A DNA stretch of 64,000 nucleotides, taken from NCBI GenBank assembly GCA_965222605.1, contig OZ244960.1:6208001-6272000 (forward strand), in the 5' to 3' direction. Source of the stretch: Candidatus Latescibacterota bacterium. GTDB taxonomy: Bacteria > Latescibacterota > UBA2968. A program made the translations under genes and the position numbers. How positions within the stretch are numbered: the stretch's first letter is position 1; every line of letters starts with the position of its first letter. Below are positions 1-10,301 of the stretch, in pieces. The notes beneath the pieces were generated by a model, which had not been told where the DNA came from, did no database searches, and was given only the letters and a program-made list of their open reading frames with translations.

Positions 1-405
1 TTGAAAACGCATTTGTCCGTGGATGATAATGGGATGATGATTTTGCGCTATCCAAATGCGATGTGCCGGCTGGAGATGACATGGACAGAAGCCGTGCCGA
101 ACAAGCCGCCGCACGATTTGATGTTGCACGGGACGGAGGGGACAATTATTGCTGGAAATGATGTTGTTTTGTACACGCGCGATTGTAGAGATGGAGAAAC
201 GGTTGCGCCGGATACATTGCCCGAAGGGGAAAATAATGCCTCCGAACATTTTATTTCTTGTATTCAATCTGGCGCATCGCCCGGTTTTGTGACTTGCGCG
301 GATTTGTCGCGCAATGCACAGGAAATTATGGAGGCAGGGCTTATTTCTGCGACCAATGGCATTGCCATGTCATTGCCCATTGAAGATCATTTGTTCAGGG
401 AGTAG
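1..405 (+). CDS. Gfo/Idh/MocA family oxidoreductase, C-terminal part (5' end outside window)
   Basis: Open from window start; C-terminal pattern (D..G.MILRY...LEMTWT, HGTEGTI, HFISCIQ...AQEIMEA) typical of the family. Confidence 0.7.
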   Translation: MKTHLSVDDNGMMILRYPNAMCRLEMTWTEAVPNKPPHDLMLHGTEGTIIAGNDVVLYTRDCRDGETVAPDTLPEGENNASEHFISCIQSGASPGFVTCADLSRNAQEIMEAGLISATNGIAMSLPIEDHLFRE

Positions 406-408
406 GGG

Positions 409-2679
409 ATGAGGTGGTTTATTTTTGTCGTATTCACTATTGCTTTTGCCGGTCAAAGTGAGGGACAAAACGATGTAATTGATCGGGATAGTCTCGCAGT
501 CTTACTCGCCGAAGTTCCAGTTGATACGCTGGTCGCAAAATTGGGCAATTCTCTGTTTTCACCTCCAGAGGGTACGGCGCGTATTTTGCGCGATGCTTAT
601 GGCGTACCACATATTTATGGGCGCACTGATGTGGATGTAGCATTTGGTTTTGGCTATGCACAGTCAGAAGATCATCTCCTGCAGATGTTGAAGAATTTTC
701 GCCAGGCCAGAGGACGTTTGGCCGAGGTCGAGGGGGCTTCGGCTTTAAAATTGGATGAAATGGCTTTGCGGTGGCGCATTCACAGTGTGGTTGGTGAACG
801 GTATGGAGATATTCCTGAGGAGACGCGGCAATATATCGCAGCTTTTGTTGAGGGCATCAACCACTATATTGCAATTCATCGACAGGTGTTGCCGCAGTGG
901 GTGCAGGATGTGCGAGCAGTAGATGTCGTGGCTCTTGCGCGGTGGATCTTGTTCTTGTTTGCCGAGCAGACTGGTGAATCCGAATTGTCCCATGTGGGAT
1001 TGGCGACAACGGTTCCCAAATTGCCGGGGTCCAATATGTGGGTTGTGGGGGCGTCTCGGTCTGGTAGCGGCGCGCCCGTGCTGGCGATGGATGTGCAGTT
1101 GCCATACACAACGCCCTTTCAGCTTTGTGAAGCACATTTGGTTAGCAACTCGGGGTTGAATGTGATGGGGGCGACATTTTTTGGATTACCGGTTATTTTT
1201 GCAGGTCACAATGATCACATTGCCTGGTCAATGACTTCCAATGATATTGATATTTTTGATTTGTACGAGGAGCGTCTGGATCCCATCAATCCCAGACGCT
1301 ATTTTTATGGGGACGGGAAAAGGCGCGTGGTGTCGCGGCATGTGAAAATCGGCGTGCATAGCGAGCAGGGAATTCGGGAAGTTGAGCGCGAGTTGCGCTA
1401 TACCGATCACGGCCCGGTTTATAAGACGATTGGCAACTGGGCTTATGCGGCGCGTACGAGTGTGGCAAATCGCGTGGATGCAATAGGGCAATTGCTGGGG
1501 ATGAATCGCGCGGTGACACTGAATGATTTTCAGCAGGCACTTACTCATTTGGAGTTGCCGGTTTTCAATGTGATATATGGCGATGTGACAGGCGAGATTT
1601 TTTATGTGTTTAATGGCCGCTGCCCCATGCGATCAGAAGATTTCGATTGGCGCGCGCCCGTGCCGGGCTGGACGCCAGAAACTGAGTGGAGAGGTGTGAT
1701 CGCATTTTCGCAATTGCCAAAAGTGCATAATCCCGTTTCGGATTTTTTGCAAAATTGCAATGTCTCGCCAGATGTGGTTGCGATTGATAGTGGTCTTAAA
1801 ATGGATGATTTCCCACCATTTTTGGGGTGGGGAACACCCAATTATCGCGCGCAATGGATTGTGAACAGATTGCTCACGCCTCGAAATATCGCGGTTGGCG
1901 ATATGCAGGTTTTGCTTCGGGATGATTACCTCGTTGACGCAGAAGAATATAAGGGACTGATTTATCGCGCTTATAACCGCGCCTGGCCTGTGCTACACGA
2001 TCCCAACTGGGAGGTAGGCAAGGCTGTTCAAATTCTCAGGGCATGGGATAATCGGGCGAGTTTAGAGAGTGTTGGCACGCTTTTGTTTTCGGTCTGGAAG
2101 ACGCGATTCGATTCGTTGTTCGCACAGATTCCGCAAAAGCGCGATATTTTTGTGCGGGAAAAGGTCGTATTGGAGGCATTGCAGCAAGCGGTCGCATATA
2201 TGACCGCGACTTATGGGCGGTTGGATGTGCCGTGGGGGCAGGTGCATCACTTGAAGCGGGGAGATCGCACTTTTCCGATAAGCGGTGCGCCTTCTGGCAC
2301 GGAGGCTTTGCATCAGACACTGACCAGAATAGAAGCAGATGGCACAATAGTTATCGAAGGTGGATCAGCTTTTGGGATGGTGGTTTCCCTGGTGCAGCCG
2401 GTGCAGTCGTGGGGTGCGCTGGTTTATGGCAATAGCGAAGATCCCGCGTCCCCCCATTATGACGATCAGGCCGATTTGCAACATCGCAATACATTTAAGA
2501 AGACGGTTTTTACAACTGGCGATTTGCAACCTGTTCTGACGGGTCTCACCACGGTTCCTTATGATCCCAAAGAAGTTGAGCGTCAATCTCTGAAGGTGCT
2601 CTGGATTAAGCAGTTGCAGTCAGGTGCGATTGCACCCGATTCTACGAACACTGAGCCAGAATCCTCACGCGACGATTAA
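409..2679 (+). CDS. Penicillin acylase / Ntn-hydrolase family protein, exported
   Basis: Signal peptide; RDAYGVPHIYG, FGFGYAQSEDH, beta-chain start GSNMWVVG, GNSEDPASPHYDDQ. Confidence 0.9.
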   Translation: MRWFIFVVFTIAFAGQSEGQNDVIDRDSLAVLLAEVPVDTLVAKLGNSLFSPPEGTARILRDAYGVPHIYGRTDVDVAFGFGYAQSEDHLLQMLKNFRQARGRLAEVEGASALKLDEMALRWRIHSVVGERYGDIPEETRQYIAAFVEGINHYIAIHRQVLPQWVQDVRAVDVVALARWILFLFAEQTGESELSHVGLATTVPKLPGSNMWVVGASRSGSGAPVLAMDVQLPYTTPFQLCEAHLVSNSGLNVMGATFFGLPVIFAGHNDHIAWSMTSNDIDIFDLYEERLDPINPRRYFYGDGKRRVVSRHVKIGVHSEQGIREVERELRYTDHGPVYKTIGNWAYAARTSVANRVDAIGQLLGMNRAVTLNDFQQALTHLELPVFNVIYGDVTGEIFYVFNGRCPMRSEDFDWRAPVPGWTPETEWRGVIAFSQLPKVHNPVSDFLQNCNVSPDVVAIDSGLKMDDFPPFLGWGTPNYRAQWIVNRLLTPRNIAVGDMQVLLRDDYLVDAEEYKGLIYRAYNRAWPVLHDPNWEVGKAVQILRAWDNRASLESVGTLLFSVWKTRFDSLFAQIPQKRDIFVREKVVLEALQQAVAYMTATYGRLDVPWGQVHHLKRGDRTFPISGAPSGTEALHQTLTRIEADGTIVIEGGSAFGMVVSLVQPVQSWGALVYGNSEDPASPHYDDQADLQHRNTFKKTVFTTGDLQPVLTGLTTVPYDPKEVERQSLKVLWIKQLQSGAIAPDSTNTEPESSRDD

Positions 2680-2764
2680 ACCAACCCCCGTACGAACCCC
2701 AGGCCAGTTTACCAACGAAATGGTTTACAATTGACTATCCCTCAGGTCGGTTCATCTACACAGT

Positions 2765-2791
2765 GTAGGGGCGGTGCCTCTGTGCCCGCCC
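2765..2791 (+). repeat. GTAG-type REP-like palindromic element (single copy seen)
   Basis: GTAGGGGCGGTGCCTCTGTGCCCGCCC: GTAG followed by an imperfect GGGCGG/CCGCCC palindrome, intergenic. Confidence 0.5.
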
Positions 2792-2834
2792 GTTTGGTGG
2801 CAGGGGTGTCTATTCGTCCATTTCAGGAGGTGTT

Positions 2835-5258
2835 ATGCGTCTTTGTTTATTTTTTTTCACACTGATGGCAGTTGTAACTCCCGGTCATATATATGCACAG
2901 GGCACAGTGCAACAGGTGGTGGGCGATCTCGTCTATGTGGAAGGGCTTTCGGCTGATCTGGATGACAAATTGCGGGTGGTGGGCGATGGCGGTGCGGTTT
3001 TGCAGGTGATCAAGGTGTTGCCCAATGTGGTGGTTGCGCGCGTGGTTGAGGAGAATGGTTCGCCTGTAAAACCCGACGATCGGACTCAGGTAAATGATGG
3101 CGCGCTTGCGGAGTCGCCGCGCAGGGTAGTGCATGCGGCGCGGGTTGCTGATGCGCCGCGCATTGACGGGCGGTTGGATGATGTAGTCTGGCAAGAGGCT
3201 CAGGCCGCGGAGGGCTTTGTTCAGCGCGATCCGAAATACTGGATGCCGGTAACCGAGCGAACGGTTGCGAAAATTATTTATGACAATAAAAAAATTTATT
3301 TTGGTTTTGAATGTTATGACAAAAATCCCGACCTCATTGTGACCAATAATATGCGCCGAGATGCACAGCTTTCTGGCGATGACAATATCCAGTTGTTGCT
3401 CGATCCGTTTAATGACAAACAGAATGGGGTTTTCTTTTTTCTAAATGCGCTCGGCGCTCGGGCAGATATGCTTTTGTCAAATGAAGGCCGAACGACGAAT
3501 GAAGATTGGGATTGTATCTGGGAGGCGCGATGCATACGTCACGAGGAGGGCTGGACTGCCGAAATAGCAATTCCGTTTGATCAACTCCGTTTCAATCCGT
3601 CTGATGAGATGGAATGGGGGATTAACATGGGTCGCTATATCGGACACAAGAACGAAGAGACCGCGTTTATTGTCGGGCGGCACACCCCGTCGCCCCGGCG
3701 GCGGTATCAAATGACAGATTTGGGGGTGTTGCGCGGATTAAAGGCCGTTAAAAGAAAGCGGCTGTTTCAGGCCAAGCCGTATGTGCTGCCGGGGACTTCG
3801 CGCAATTTTGCAGGTGATGAAGATGAAAATCGCACGTTTGAAGCGGGTGCAGATGTGCGCTATGGCCTGACATCCAATCTCGCACTGGATGTGTCTTATA
3901 ATACGGATTTTGCTCAGGTTGAAGCAGATCAAGAGCAGGTGAATTTGACACAATTTTCTCAGTTTTTTCCCGAAAAACGCGAGTTTTTTCTGGAGGGGGC
4001 ACAGTTGTTTGATTTTGGCGAGGCCGCGTCAAATCGCGGGGGCGATGTGCGTCCGCCAACGCTTTTGTTTTACAGCAGGCGGATTGGTCTGGATGGGGGA
4101 CAGCCCGTGCCGATTCTGGCAGGAGGCAAATTGGCTGGCAAAGCCGGGCGCACCAGCATTGGTGCGTTAAATGTTTTGACGGATTCTGAGATGTTGGACA
4201 CGCAGACGTTGCCGCGCAGAAATTTTTCCGTGCTGCGCATCAAACGCGATGTGTTCGCGCGGTCCAATGTGGGGTTTATTTGGGTAAATAAACAAAGCGA
4301 AGTGTCCGATGGCGGATGGGGCGACTACAATCGCGCGGGTGGTTTGGATTTCAGTTTTTCGCCTTCAACGGCGATCAATATACAGGCTTTTTATGCGCGT
4401 ACGTGGGATAAGGAGCAAGAGGATGTGGATGATGCTCGGTACCTTCGCTTTTCGTATAACGGAACCAAATACGCGGGTTCGGCAACTGTTCTGGATGTGG
4501 AGGACAATTTTGAGCCTGAAGCGGGATTTGTCAATCGCCGGCGCGGCATTCGAGGATTTCGGCGCTACAATGCCAATCTATCCTATTTGCCGCGTCCCAA
4601 AGTAGCCAATATCCGAAATTTGAGGTTCACACCCGATATTCAGGTGATTGAAGATGACGAAGGCGAAGTGCCGTTCTGGCGGTTCAGATTTGATGGTGTG
4701 CTCGCCCTTCAGACGGCCGACCGCTTTTTGGTGCGTATAGAAAGGACTCGTGATGTCGTCACGCGGCCTTTCAGACTGTCGAACAAGCGGCCCGACGTTG
4801 CCATTCCACCGCGCGAATATACTTTTACATCGTTCAGGCTGGGGCCGGATACGGCAAATTATCGCAAATGGCAGTTGGATTTTGATTTTCTGGTGGGGAC
4901 CTATTATACGGGACATCTGTATCGGGTGACAGCAGAGAATGCCTATCGGCCCAATGGCAGATTGGGTATTGAGCTGATTTACGATGGGAATTGGATTCGC
5001 TTGCCAGAGGGCAATCTCAATATTCAGGCATTGAGTTCGCGGATGATTTACTCGTTTACAACCGATTTCTTTTTCAAAATTTTCGCACAGTGGAATAATG
5101 ACAGCGAATCCGTGGGCGCAAATTTTTTGCTCAATTACCGGTTCCGCCCGGGCAGCGATATTTTCTTTGTTTACGACCACGGGTTTGGAACCGCTGGCGA
5201 TTTGCACCAGACCGGTCGCGCGGTGCTGCTCAAGGTATCGTATTTGATTGGGTTGTGA
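2835..5258 (+). CDS. CBM9-like/DUF5916 outer-membrane-associated protein
   Basis: Signal peptide; PRIDGRLDD.VW, WTAEIAIPFDQLRF, NTDFAQVEAD, FFPEKREFFLEG, beta-strand-rich C-terminus. Confidence 0.85.
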   Translation: MRLCLFFFTLMAVVTPGHIYAQGTVQQVVGDLVYVEGLSADLDDKLRVVGDGGAVLQVIKVLPNVVVARVVEENGSPVKPDDRTQVNDGALAESPRRVVHAARVADAPRIDGRLDDVVWQEAQAAEGFVQRDPKYWMPVTERTVAKIIYDNKKIYFGFECYDKNPDLIVTNNMRRDAQLSGDDNIQLLLDPFNDKQNGVFFFLNALGARADMLLSNEGRTTNEDWDCIWEARCIRHEEGWTAEIAIPFDQLRFNPSDEMEWGINMGRYIGHKNEETAFIVGRHTPSPRRRYQMTDLGVLRGLKAVKRKRLFQAKPYVLPGTSRNFAGDEDENRTFEAGADVRYGLTSNLALDVSYNTDFAQVEADQEQVNLTQFSQFFPEKREFFLEGAQLFDFGEAASNRGGDVRPPTLLFYSRRIGLDGGQPVPILAGGKLAGKAGRTSIGALNVLTDSEMLDTQTLPRRNFSVLRIKRDVFARSNVGFIWVNKQSEVSDGGWGDYNRAGGLDFSFSPSTAINIQAFYARTWDKEQEDVDDARYLRFSYNGTKYAGSATVLDVEDNFEPEAGFVNRRRGIRGFRRYNANLSYLPRPKVANIRNLRFTPDIQVIEDDEGEVPFWRFRFDGVLALQTADRFLVRIERTRDVVTRPFRLSNKRPDVAIPPREYTFTSFRLGPDTANYRKWQLDFDFLVGTYYTGHLYRVTAENAYRPNGRLGIELIYDGNWIRLPEGNLNIQALSSRMIYSFTTDFFFKIFAQWNNDSESVGANFLLNYRFRPGSDIFFVYDHGFGTAGDLHQTGRAVLLKVSYLIGL

Positions 5259-5293
5259 GATAGGTTCTATCACGAGAAAGGGAGGTGTAGCAA

Positions 5294-6478
5294 ATGAACA
5301 ACATATTATGCGTTCTGATTCTATCAATGGTGATAGGACCGCCCGATTCGGGAAAGACAGTTGATTCGAAAACGTTGGAACGCGTGAGAATCGGTGACAA
5401 GTGGGGGTTTGCCGACTCGACAGGCAAGGTGGTTATCGACCCGATATTTGACCTTACCTGGGGTTTTTCAGAGGGGTTGGCTGCGGTGAAAGTTAGGGGC
5501 AAGTGGGGGTATATCAACCCTGAAAGTGAGATCGTTATCAAGCTGCAATTTGATGAAGCCTGGTCTTTTTCAGAAGGGTTGGCTAGTGTGAAAATTGAGG
5601 ATAAGTATGGGTATATTGACAAGTTAGGCGAGGTCGTTATAAAGCCGCAATTTGGCCTGACCAAACCTTTTTGCGAGGGGCTGGCTGCTGTCGCAATTGG
5701 TCACAAGAGAGGGTATATCAATCGGGAAGGTAAAATCGTTATCAAGCCGCAATTTGACGGTGCTAAGTCTTTTAGAGAGGGATTAGCTGCTGTCGCAATT
5801 GGTCGCAAGTGGGGATATATCAACCCCGCGGGAAAGATGGTTATTAAACCACAATTTGACAATATCTCTTATTTTTTACTGGGATTGGCTGTGGTGAAAA
5901 TTGGGGACAAGAAGGGGTATATCAACAAGGCAGGTAAGATCGTTATTGAGCCGCAATTTGATGAGGCCTGGTCTTTTTCGGAAGGATTGGCGCGTGTGAA
6001 AATCGGTAGCAAGTGGGGATATATTGATCGTACAGGTGAGATGGTGATCAAGCCACAGTTTGACTATGTCCAGTCTTTTTCAAAAGGGTTGGCTATGGTG
6101 CAAAACGAGGGGTCTTGGCGATACATCGACAAGAATGGACAGTATATCAAGAATACAGATGGCAGTGGAAAGAATACGATGGGCGGTTTGCCTCCGCCGC
6201 CATCGGGTGTAATTGAGCAAGGACCAGAACTCGTGCATTCCGTATCACCAGTCTATCCCAAAGATGCCTGGAAAGCCAGATTGACCGGAAAAGTGTTTTT
6301 GAGGTTTTTGGTTGAGACGGATGGTCGCGTGAGCAATGTGACAGTGCTTAGAGGTCGAGAAGTTTTCCGGCAGGCAGCGATTGATGCTCTTATGCAATTC
6401 CGGTTCAAGCCCGCACAAATAGACGGTGAACCGATTTCTGTATGGATGACGCAGGTGATTTCATTCCATTTGAAATGA
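5294..6478 (+). CDS. WG-repeat protein with C-terminal TonB-C domain
   Basis: About seven (F)SEGLA.VK.G.KWGYI repeats, Pro linker LPPPPS, then PVYP..A....LTGKVFLRFLVETDGRV...FKPA TonB-C motif. Confidence 0.85.
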   Translation: MNNILCVLILSMVIGPPDSGKTVDSKTLERVRIGDKWGFADSTGKVVIDPIFDLTWGFSEGLAAVKVRGKWGYINPESEIVIKLQFDEAWSFSEGLASVKIEDKYGYIDKLGEVVIKPQFGLTKPFCEGLAAVAIGHKRGYINREGKIVIKPQFDGAKSFREGLAAVAIGRKWGYINPAGKMVIKPQFDNISYFLLGLAVVKIGDKKGYINKAGKIVIEPQFDEAWSFSEGLARVKIGSKWGYIDRTGEMVIKPQFDYVQSFSKGLAMVQNEGSWRYIDKNGQYIKNTDGSGKNTMGGLPPPPSGVIEQGPELVHSVSPVYPKDAWKARLTGKVFLRFLVETDGRVSNVTVLRGREVFRQAAIDALMQFRFKPAQIDGEPISVWMTQVISFHLK

Positions 6479-6488
6479 GGTGACGCCT

Positions 6489-6725
6489 TCAAACGTCCGT
6501 AGCTTCTATTATCAAATCGGCTCTATAAAAACTGCTACGTTCATTTTTGGTAATATTCAGGGCAGTTCGGGGAATTAGAGAGATGATCTCTTCTTGAAGT
6601 AAGATTCTCGCTTTGGAGAATCCGATGTCATGGGCGATTAAGGCGGCTTCTCTGTGTGCGATATCTCTGGCATGGTAATTTCTGAGCCATACTAGGCCTA
6701 TGTCATTTTTGTCGATTTTCGTCAA
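6489..6725 (-). pseudogene. Probable truncated hypothetical gene fragment
   Basis: 78 aa, coupled to the upstream ORF, ends just after RADLIIEATD immediately opposite the stop of the convergent gene; AT-rich. Confidence 0.4.
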
Positions 6726-7117
6726 GAAACATCAACCGTGTCGGATTGTTTTTGGGTTTCAGGGGATAATACAGCCAAAGCAACCTTTCTTGCCCAAAAG
6801 AGATTAGGTGTTGACTCAACTATTTGCGCCAAAATTTGACCTTCCTCTGGGTTGTAATCCTGAATAATGGTCAAGTAGGCTGCAATGGATATATCCCAGG
6901 GATTTGCATAATTTTGATCAATAGGACGATTGCAGACTTCGGCAGCCCTTTCCCAGAGTTTCCTATAAGCAGAGTCATCTTCGATGCAAGCTCGAAGTTG
7001 TTTAACCTCATTTTGATTACAAACTATCGATCCAAATGTTCGAAATCCACTTGCAACGCCCACTCTGGCTCCGAACTCGAAACTTTCAATCGCTTTAAAT
7101 AAGTTTTGAAGGCTCAT
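6722..7117 (-). CDS. Hypothetical protein (AT-rich accessory gene)
   Basis: 131-aa ORF with ATG and a purine-rich upstream sequence; no family recognised. Confidence 0.6.
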   Translation of the reverse strand: MSLQNLFKAIESFEFGARVGVASGFRTFGSIVCNQNEVKQLRACIEDDSAYRKLWERAAEVCNRPIDQNYANPWDISIAAYLTIIQDYNPEEGQILAQIVESTPNLFWARKVALAVLSPETQKQSDTVDVS

Positions 7118-7215
7118 GGATCACCCTTTCTTTCTGTCCAGATCTCCCAATCATCAAATTGCAATGCCTCTGGAAGAGCTTTTATTTTGTGAAAATACTC
7201 CCCGCGATCATTTTC

Positions 7216-8916
7216 TCACAGCGCGAGGGCCACACCTATACCGACGATGGGAATGAGCAGGTATTTGAGAATCCCGCTGCGTTTGCCCTGGATGTTGCCG
7301 AGGATGGATGTTTCCAATTTATTGTTGCCCGTTTTGTAATACAGGCATTCTGCACCAGGGGTCGCGGCGATGGCGGTGACGCCGGGCCAGACGGGTTTAA
7401 TGCCGCCCGAGGGATAGAGGATGATGTTTTCGCGGTGGCGTTTGTAATCGCCCATTTTGACCAAAAGCGCGTATTCTCGCCCAAAAGTAATTTGATCGGG
7501 TTGAACAATAGGGCCGAGTTCGTCCTCAATTACCGTTTGCAAGCGAACCGTATCCGACGCGGTTTTGGCGGTGGGCAACCACAAACTAACGCGCGGTGAT
7601 ATGGGTAGAAAAGTGGGAACATCCGAAACTCGGAATGAAATGGGAATGGCCATGTTCCGCGTATCTTTGAGCATGTAATGACCTTTGGGAAGCGCGAGGG
7701 AAAACTCTTGCTGCCGATTGGCGATATTGTTGTTCAAAATGTGTTCGGCAAGGACAACGAGGCTGTCATACATGGCCTGTTCGCGTGGTGATGCGGCTGG
7801 AGGAACAGGTGCTTCTCGCGTGAAGCGCACCTGTTCAAAGCGCAGAGCATTGGGTTGCATGTTGCGAAGGGCGAGCCAGGCTGCATTCACGTTGACATCC
7901 AATCGACCGAGGCGGGCGTGCCATTTTTCGACAAAGCGCGTGAGGTCACCCAATCGTTGAGATGTTTTACCTGGAAGGGGATTGGGTTCTTGTTCAATGG
8001 GAAAAGGCGAGCGCTCAAGGGCTTCGCGGAAGAGTGCGTGCGCTTCTGAGAAGCGGCGGTATTTGCCAAGCAAGATACCGCGATACACATCAATTTGCGC
8101 GAGGGCGCGAATTACGCGGAGTTCGCTTTGCCCCATACGACGCACCGTGCGTTCTAACTCGCGTGTCTGCCGACTATAGCGTTTTAGTTCTTCAACAAAA
8201 GGCGTTAAGCTCGGGTCAGTCAGGCGGATAGACGCATTGGTCTCGACCGCGGGTGCTGTTTCGCCAATGGCCAGGGCAGCCGCGAGAAGTTGCGCGCTTT
8301 CGGTGCGATATTGGTCTGCTATATCCACGAGACCGGGTATGGATAATGCCGTGAGTGGCAGGTGATTGGGGGTAAGCCCAATTACTATGAGTTTGCCGCG
8401 CGGTGGAAGAAAGAATTCTTGTTCGATGAGGTTAAAACCGGGTTTGCTAATTTCGAGGTGATATTTGCCCACAAAGAGGTCCGACTCATAAGCCACATTG
8501 CCGCGTCCGATGTTGATAAACCCGGTAATGGTCGTGTCTTGATCTGCAAATCGAAGGTGAATTTCTGCACCTAAGGCTATGAGCTGATCGGATCGGATCT
8601 CCAGACGCGCTTTCTGGCGCGTGAGCGAAATATGTACCGTATCTGCTAAAACAGTTGCCGTAAATGTGCGCGTCCATGGCTGGTAGCCATGGGCAAAAGC
8701 CTGAATTTTATCGCCAATACCCAGCAACTTTTCTGTGGCAAATGGCGTATAACCCGCTTCCTGTCCATTGATGAAAACCTGGGCACCCGTAGGTTCTGAT
8801 CGAATGTGAATTTTCGGCTTTAGAAGCATCTCTGGCACAAGCTGTGTTTCCTGTGCCAGAATATGGAGCGGTGTGGTCATCAGGATGCAAAATAAGATGA
8901 ATCGCAGGGTGTTCAT
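7216..8916 (-). CDS. PEGA-domain exported protein with C-terminal membrane anchor
   Basis: Start moved to MNTLRFILF (ATGA overlap with the upstream stop); IRSEPTGAQVFING...GYTP PEGA motif, short TPR-like helix pair, C-terminal hydrophobic YLLIPIVGIGVALAL. Confidence 0.8.
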   Translation of the reverse strand: MNTLRFILFCILMTTPLHILAQETQLVPEMLLKPKIHIRSEPTGAQVFINGQEAGYTPFATEKLLGIGDKIQAFAHGYQPWTRTFTATVLADTVHISLTRQKARLEIRSDQLIALGAEIHLRFADQDTTITGFINIGRGNVAYESDLFVGKYHLEISKPGFNLIEQEFFLPPRGKLIVIGLTPNHLPLTALSIPGLVDIADQYRTESAQLLAAALAIGETAPAVETNASIRLTDPSLTPFVEELKRYSRQTRELERTVRRMGQSELRVIRALAQIDVYRGILLGKYRRFSEAHALFREALERSPFPIEQEPNPLPGKTSQRLGDLTRFVEKWHARLGRLDVNVNAAWLALRNMQPNALRFEQVRFTREAPVPPAASPREQAMYDSLVVLAEHILNNNIANRQQEFSLALPKGHYMLKDTRNMAIPISFRVSDVPTFLPISPRVSLWLPTAKTASDTVRLQTVIEDELGPIVQPDQITFGREYALLVKMGDYKRHRENIILYPSGGIKPVWPGVTAIAATPGAECLYYKTGNNKLETSILGNIQGKRSGILKYLLIPIVGIGVALAL

Positions 8917-10301
8917 GGGGAGGTATCCTGTTTTTTGCTGAGCAGAGCACCGCTGTGTTTTTCTTCGAGCTGACGTGCTTGCACATAGTTGCCCTGACTT
9001 TTGGCAATGCGATGGAATTCCTTCCAGTAGCGTTCTGGCGCAATGCGATAGGCCATTTCTGCGGCCTGGTATGCTCTTGCACCCACATTTTGCAGATCGG
9101 AGTTGTAATAGGCAATGGCCAGGGTGATCAGGGCTTCGCCGCGGTCTTGCCATCCAAATGTGGTCACGGGATAAATGGTTGAGATCGCCTCTCGATATGC
9201 GCCCTCTTTGAGCTTTACGCTCGCCAAACTGAGCGAAAGTCCACCATAGGTATCGCATACTCTCGGTTCGTATTGGTTGTGCGCGTATGCGTATTTGGCA
9301 TATTCGACGGCTTTGGGCAAATCGTCTCGGTACGCGGTGAAGGCCATGTCGAGATAGAGGGCGGCGCGAGAGGTGTCTGACCTCGCATAGACCAGAGCGC
9401 GTTGCATCGCGTGGATTGCGTGGTCGGATTTTTCTTCTTCGCTGTGGCGCAATCCCTTGAGGCGGTAGATGGCGCAGCGCATGTTATAGCCGCCGTCAAA
9501 GCGCACCGCAGCGAGTACTTGATTGAACCAATCGGGATTGTTGCCCAAAACGCCGCGGGAAGATGCTGCGGCAATTTTGGGGATGTAAAAATCGGGTTCT
9601 ATCCCTTCAAAATTGACCTGTCCTGCTTTTTCGATCAGGTTCAGGCTGTTTTCGATATAGACGCTTAAATAAGCCTGCAGGGTATCACTCATGCTGCTGC
9701 GTTGAGGCGCGGCATAGACAATTTCCTTTTGCTCTCTACCGAGAATCGCTGTCCAAATTTCGCGCAGACCATCCTCTGCAAGATGCCATATACGATGTAG
9801 TGTATCAATTGTGGCGGGTTGAAAGCGCGTGGGTATCCAGGTGCTGTCTCGCAAATCTGGCGGGGGAAGATGCAGGGATAGAGGTTGACGGTTGTGTTCG
9901 CGTGCGAGTGCGAAGTTAGCACGCGCCATAGCGTATTTGACGGTGAGGCGGCCTTGTTCGTAGCGAACATCGGGGTCTTGCTCGCGGTCGAGTGTCTTGC
10001 GGTATGCGTTTGCACCTTTTCTGAGCATATCCAATCGGTTGGGTGCGTCCTGCCCCGTGTCGTAGGCGCGCTCGCATGCCGTGCCCAACCATATATAATA
10101 GGCACTGGTAAAAATGAGGGCGTGGTTGCACGCGCGCTCGAAATGTGCGATGGCTTCGATATATCGCTCAAGCGCGTAAGCATTGCGCCCCTGTTCAAAG
10201 GCCTGATAGGCGAGGTCGTCGTCCTTTTCCTGGGCAAAGGAAAGGGGCGGTAAAAGTAAAAAAGCGAGGATAAGGGCTATTTTTTTCATAAGCGATCTCA
10301 C
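8913..10301 (-). CDS. Exported TPR-like helical repeat protein
   Basis: Signal peptide MKKIALILAFLLL...AQE; AFEQGRNAYALERYIEAIAHFERA and several Ala/Tyr helical repeats. Confidence 0.75.
   Translation of the reverse strand: MRSLMKKIALILAFLLLPPLSFAQEKDDDLAYQAFEQGRNAYALERYIEAIAHFERACNHALIFTSAYYIWLGTACERAYDTGQDAPNRLDMLRKGANAYRKTLDREQDPDVRYEQGRLTVKYAMARANFALAREHNRQPLSLHLPPPDLRDSTWIPTRFQPATIDTLHRIWHLAEDGLREIWTAILGREQKEIVYAAPQRSSMSDTLQAYLSVYIENSLNLIEKAGQVNFEGIEPDFYIPKIAAASSRGVLGNNPDWFNQVLAAVRFDGGYNMRCAIYRLKGLRHSEEEKSDHAIHAMQRALVYARSDTSRAALYLDMAFTAYRDDLPKAVEYAKYAYAHNQYEPRVCDTYGGLSLSLASVKLKEGAYREAISTIYPVTTFGWQDRGEALITLAIAYYNSDLQNVGARAYQAAEMAYRIAPERYWKEFHRIAKSQGNYVQARQLEEKHSGALLSKKQDTSP

Noticed and set aside
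8917-9258. 114-aa N-terminal extension of the PEGA ORF
   Set aside because: It overlaps the TPR gene; the signal peptide and ATGA coupling place the start at 8916.
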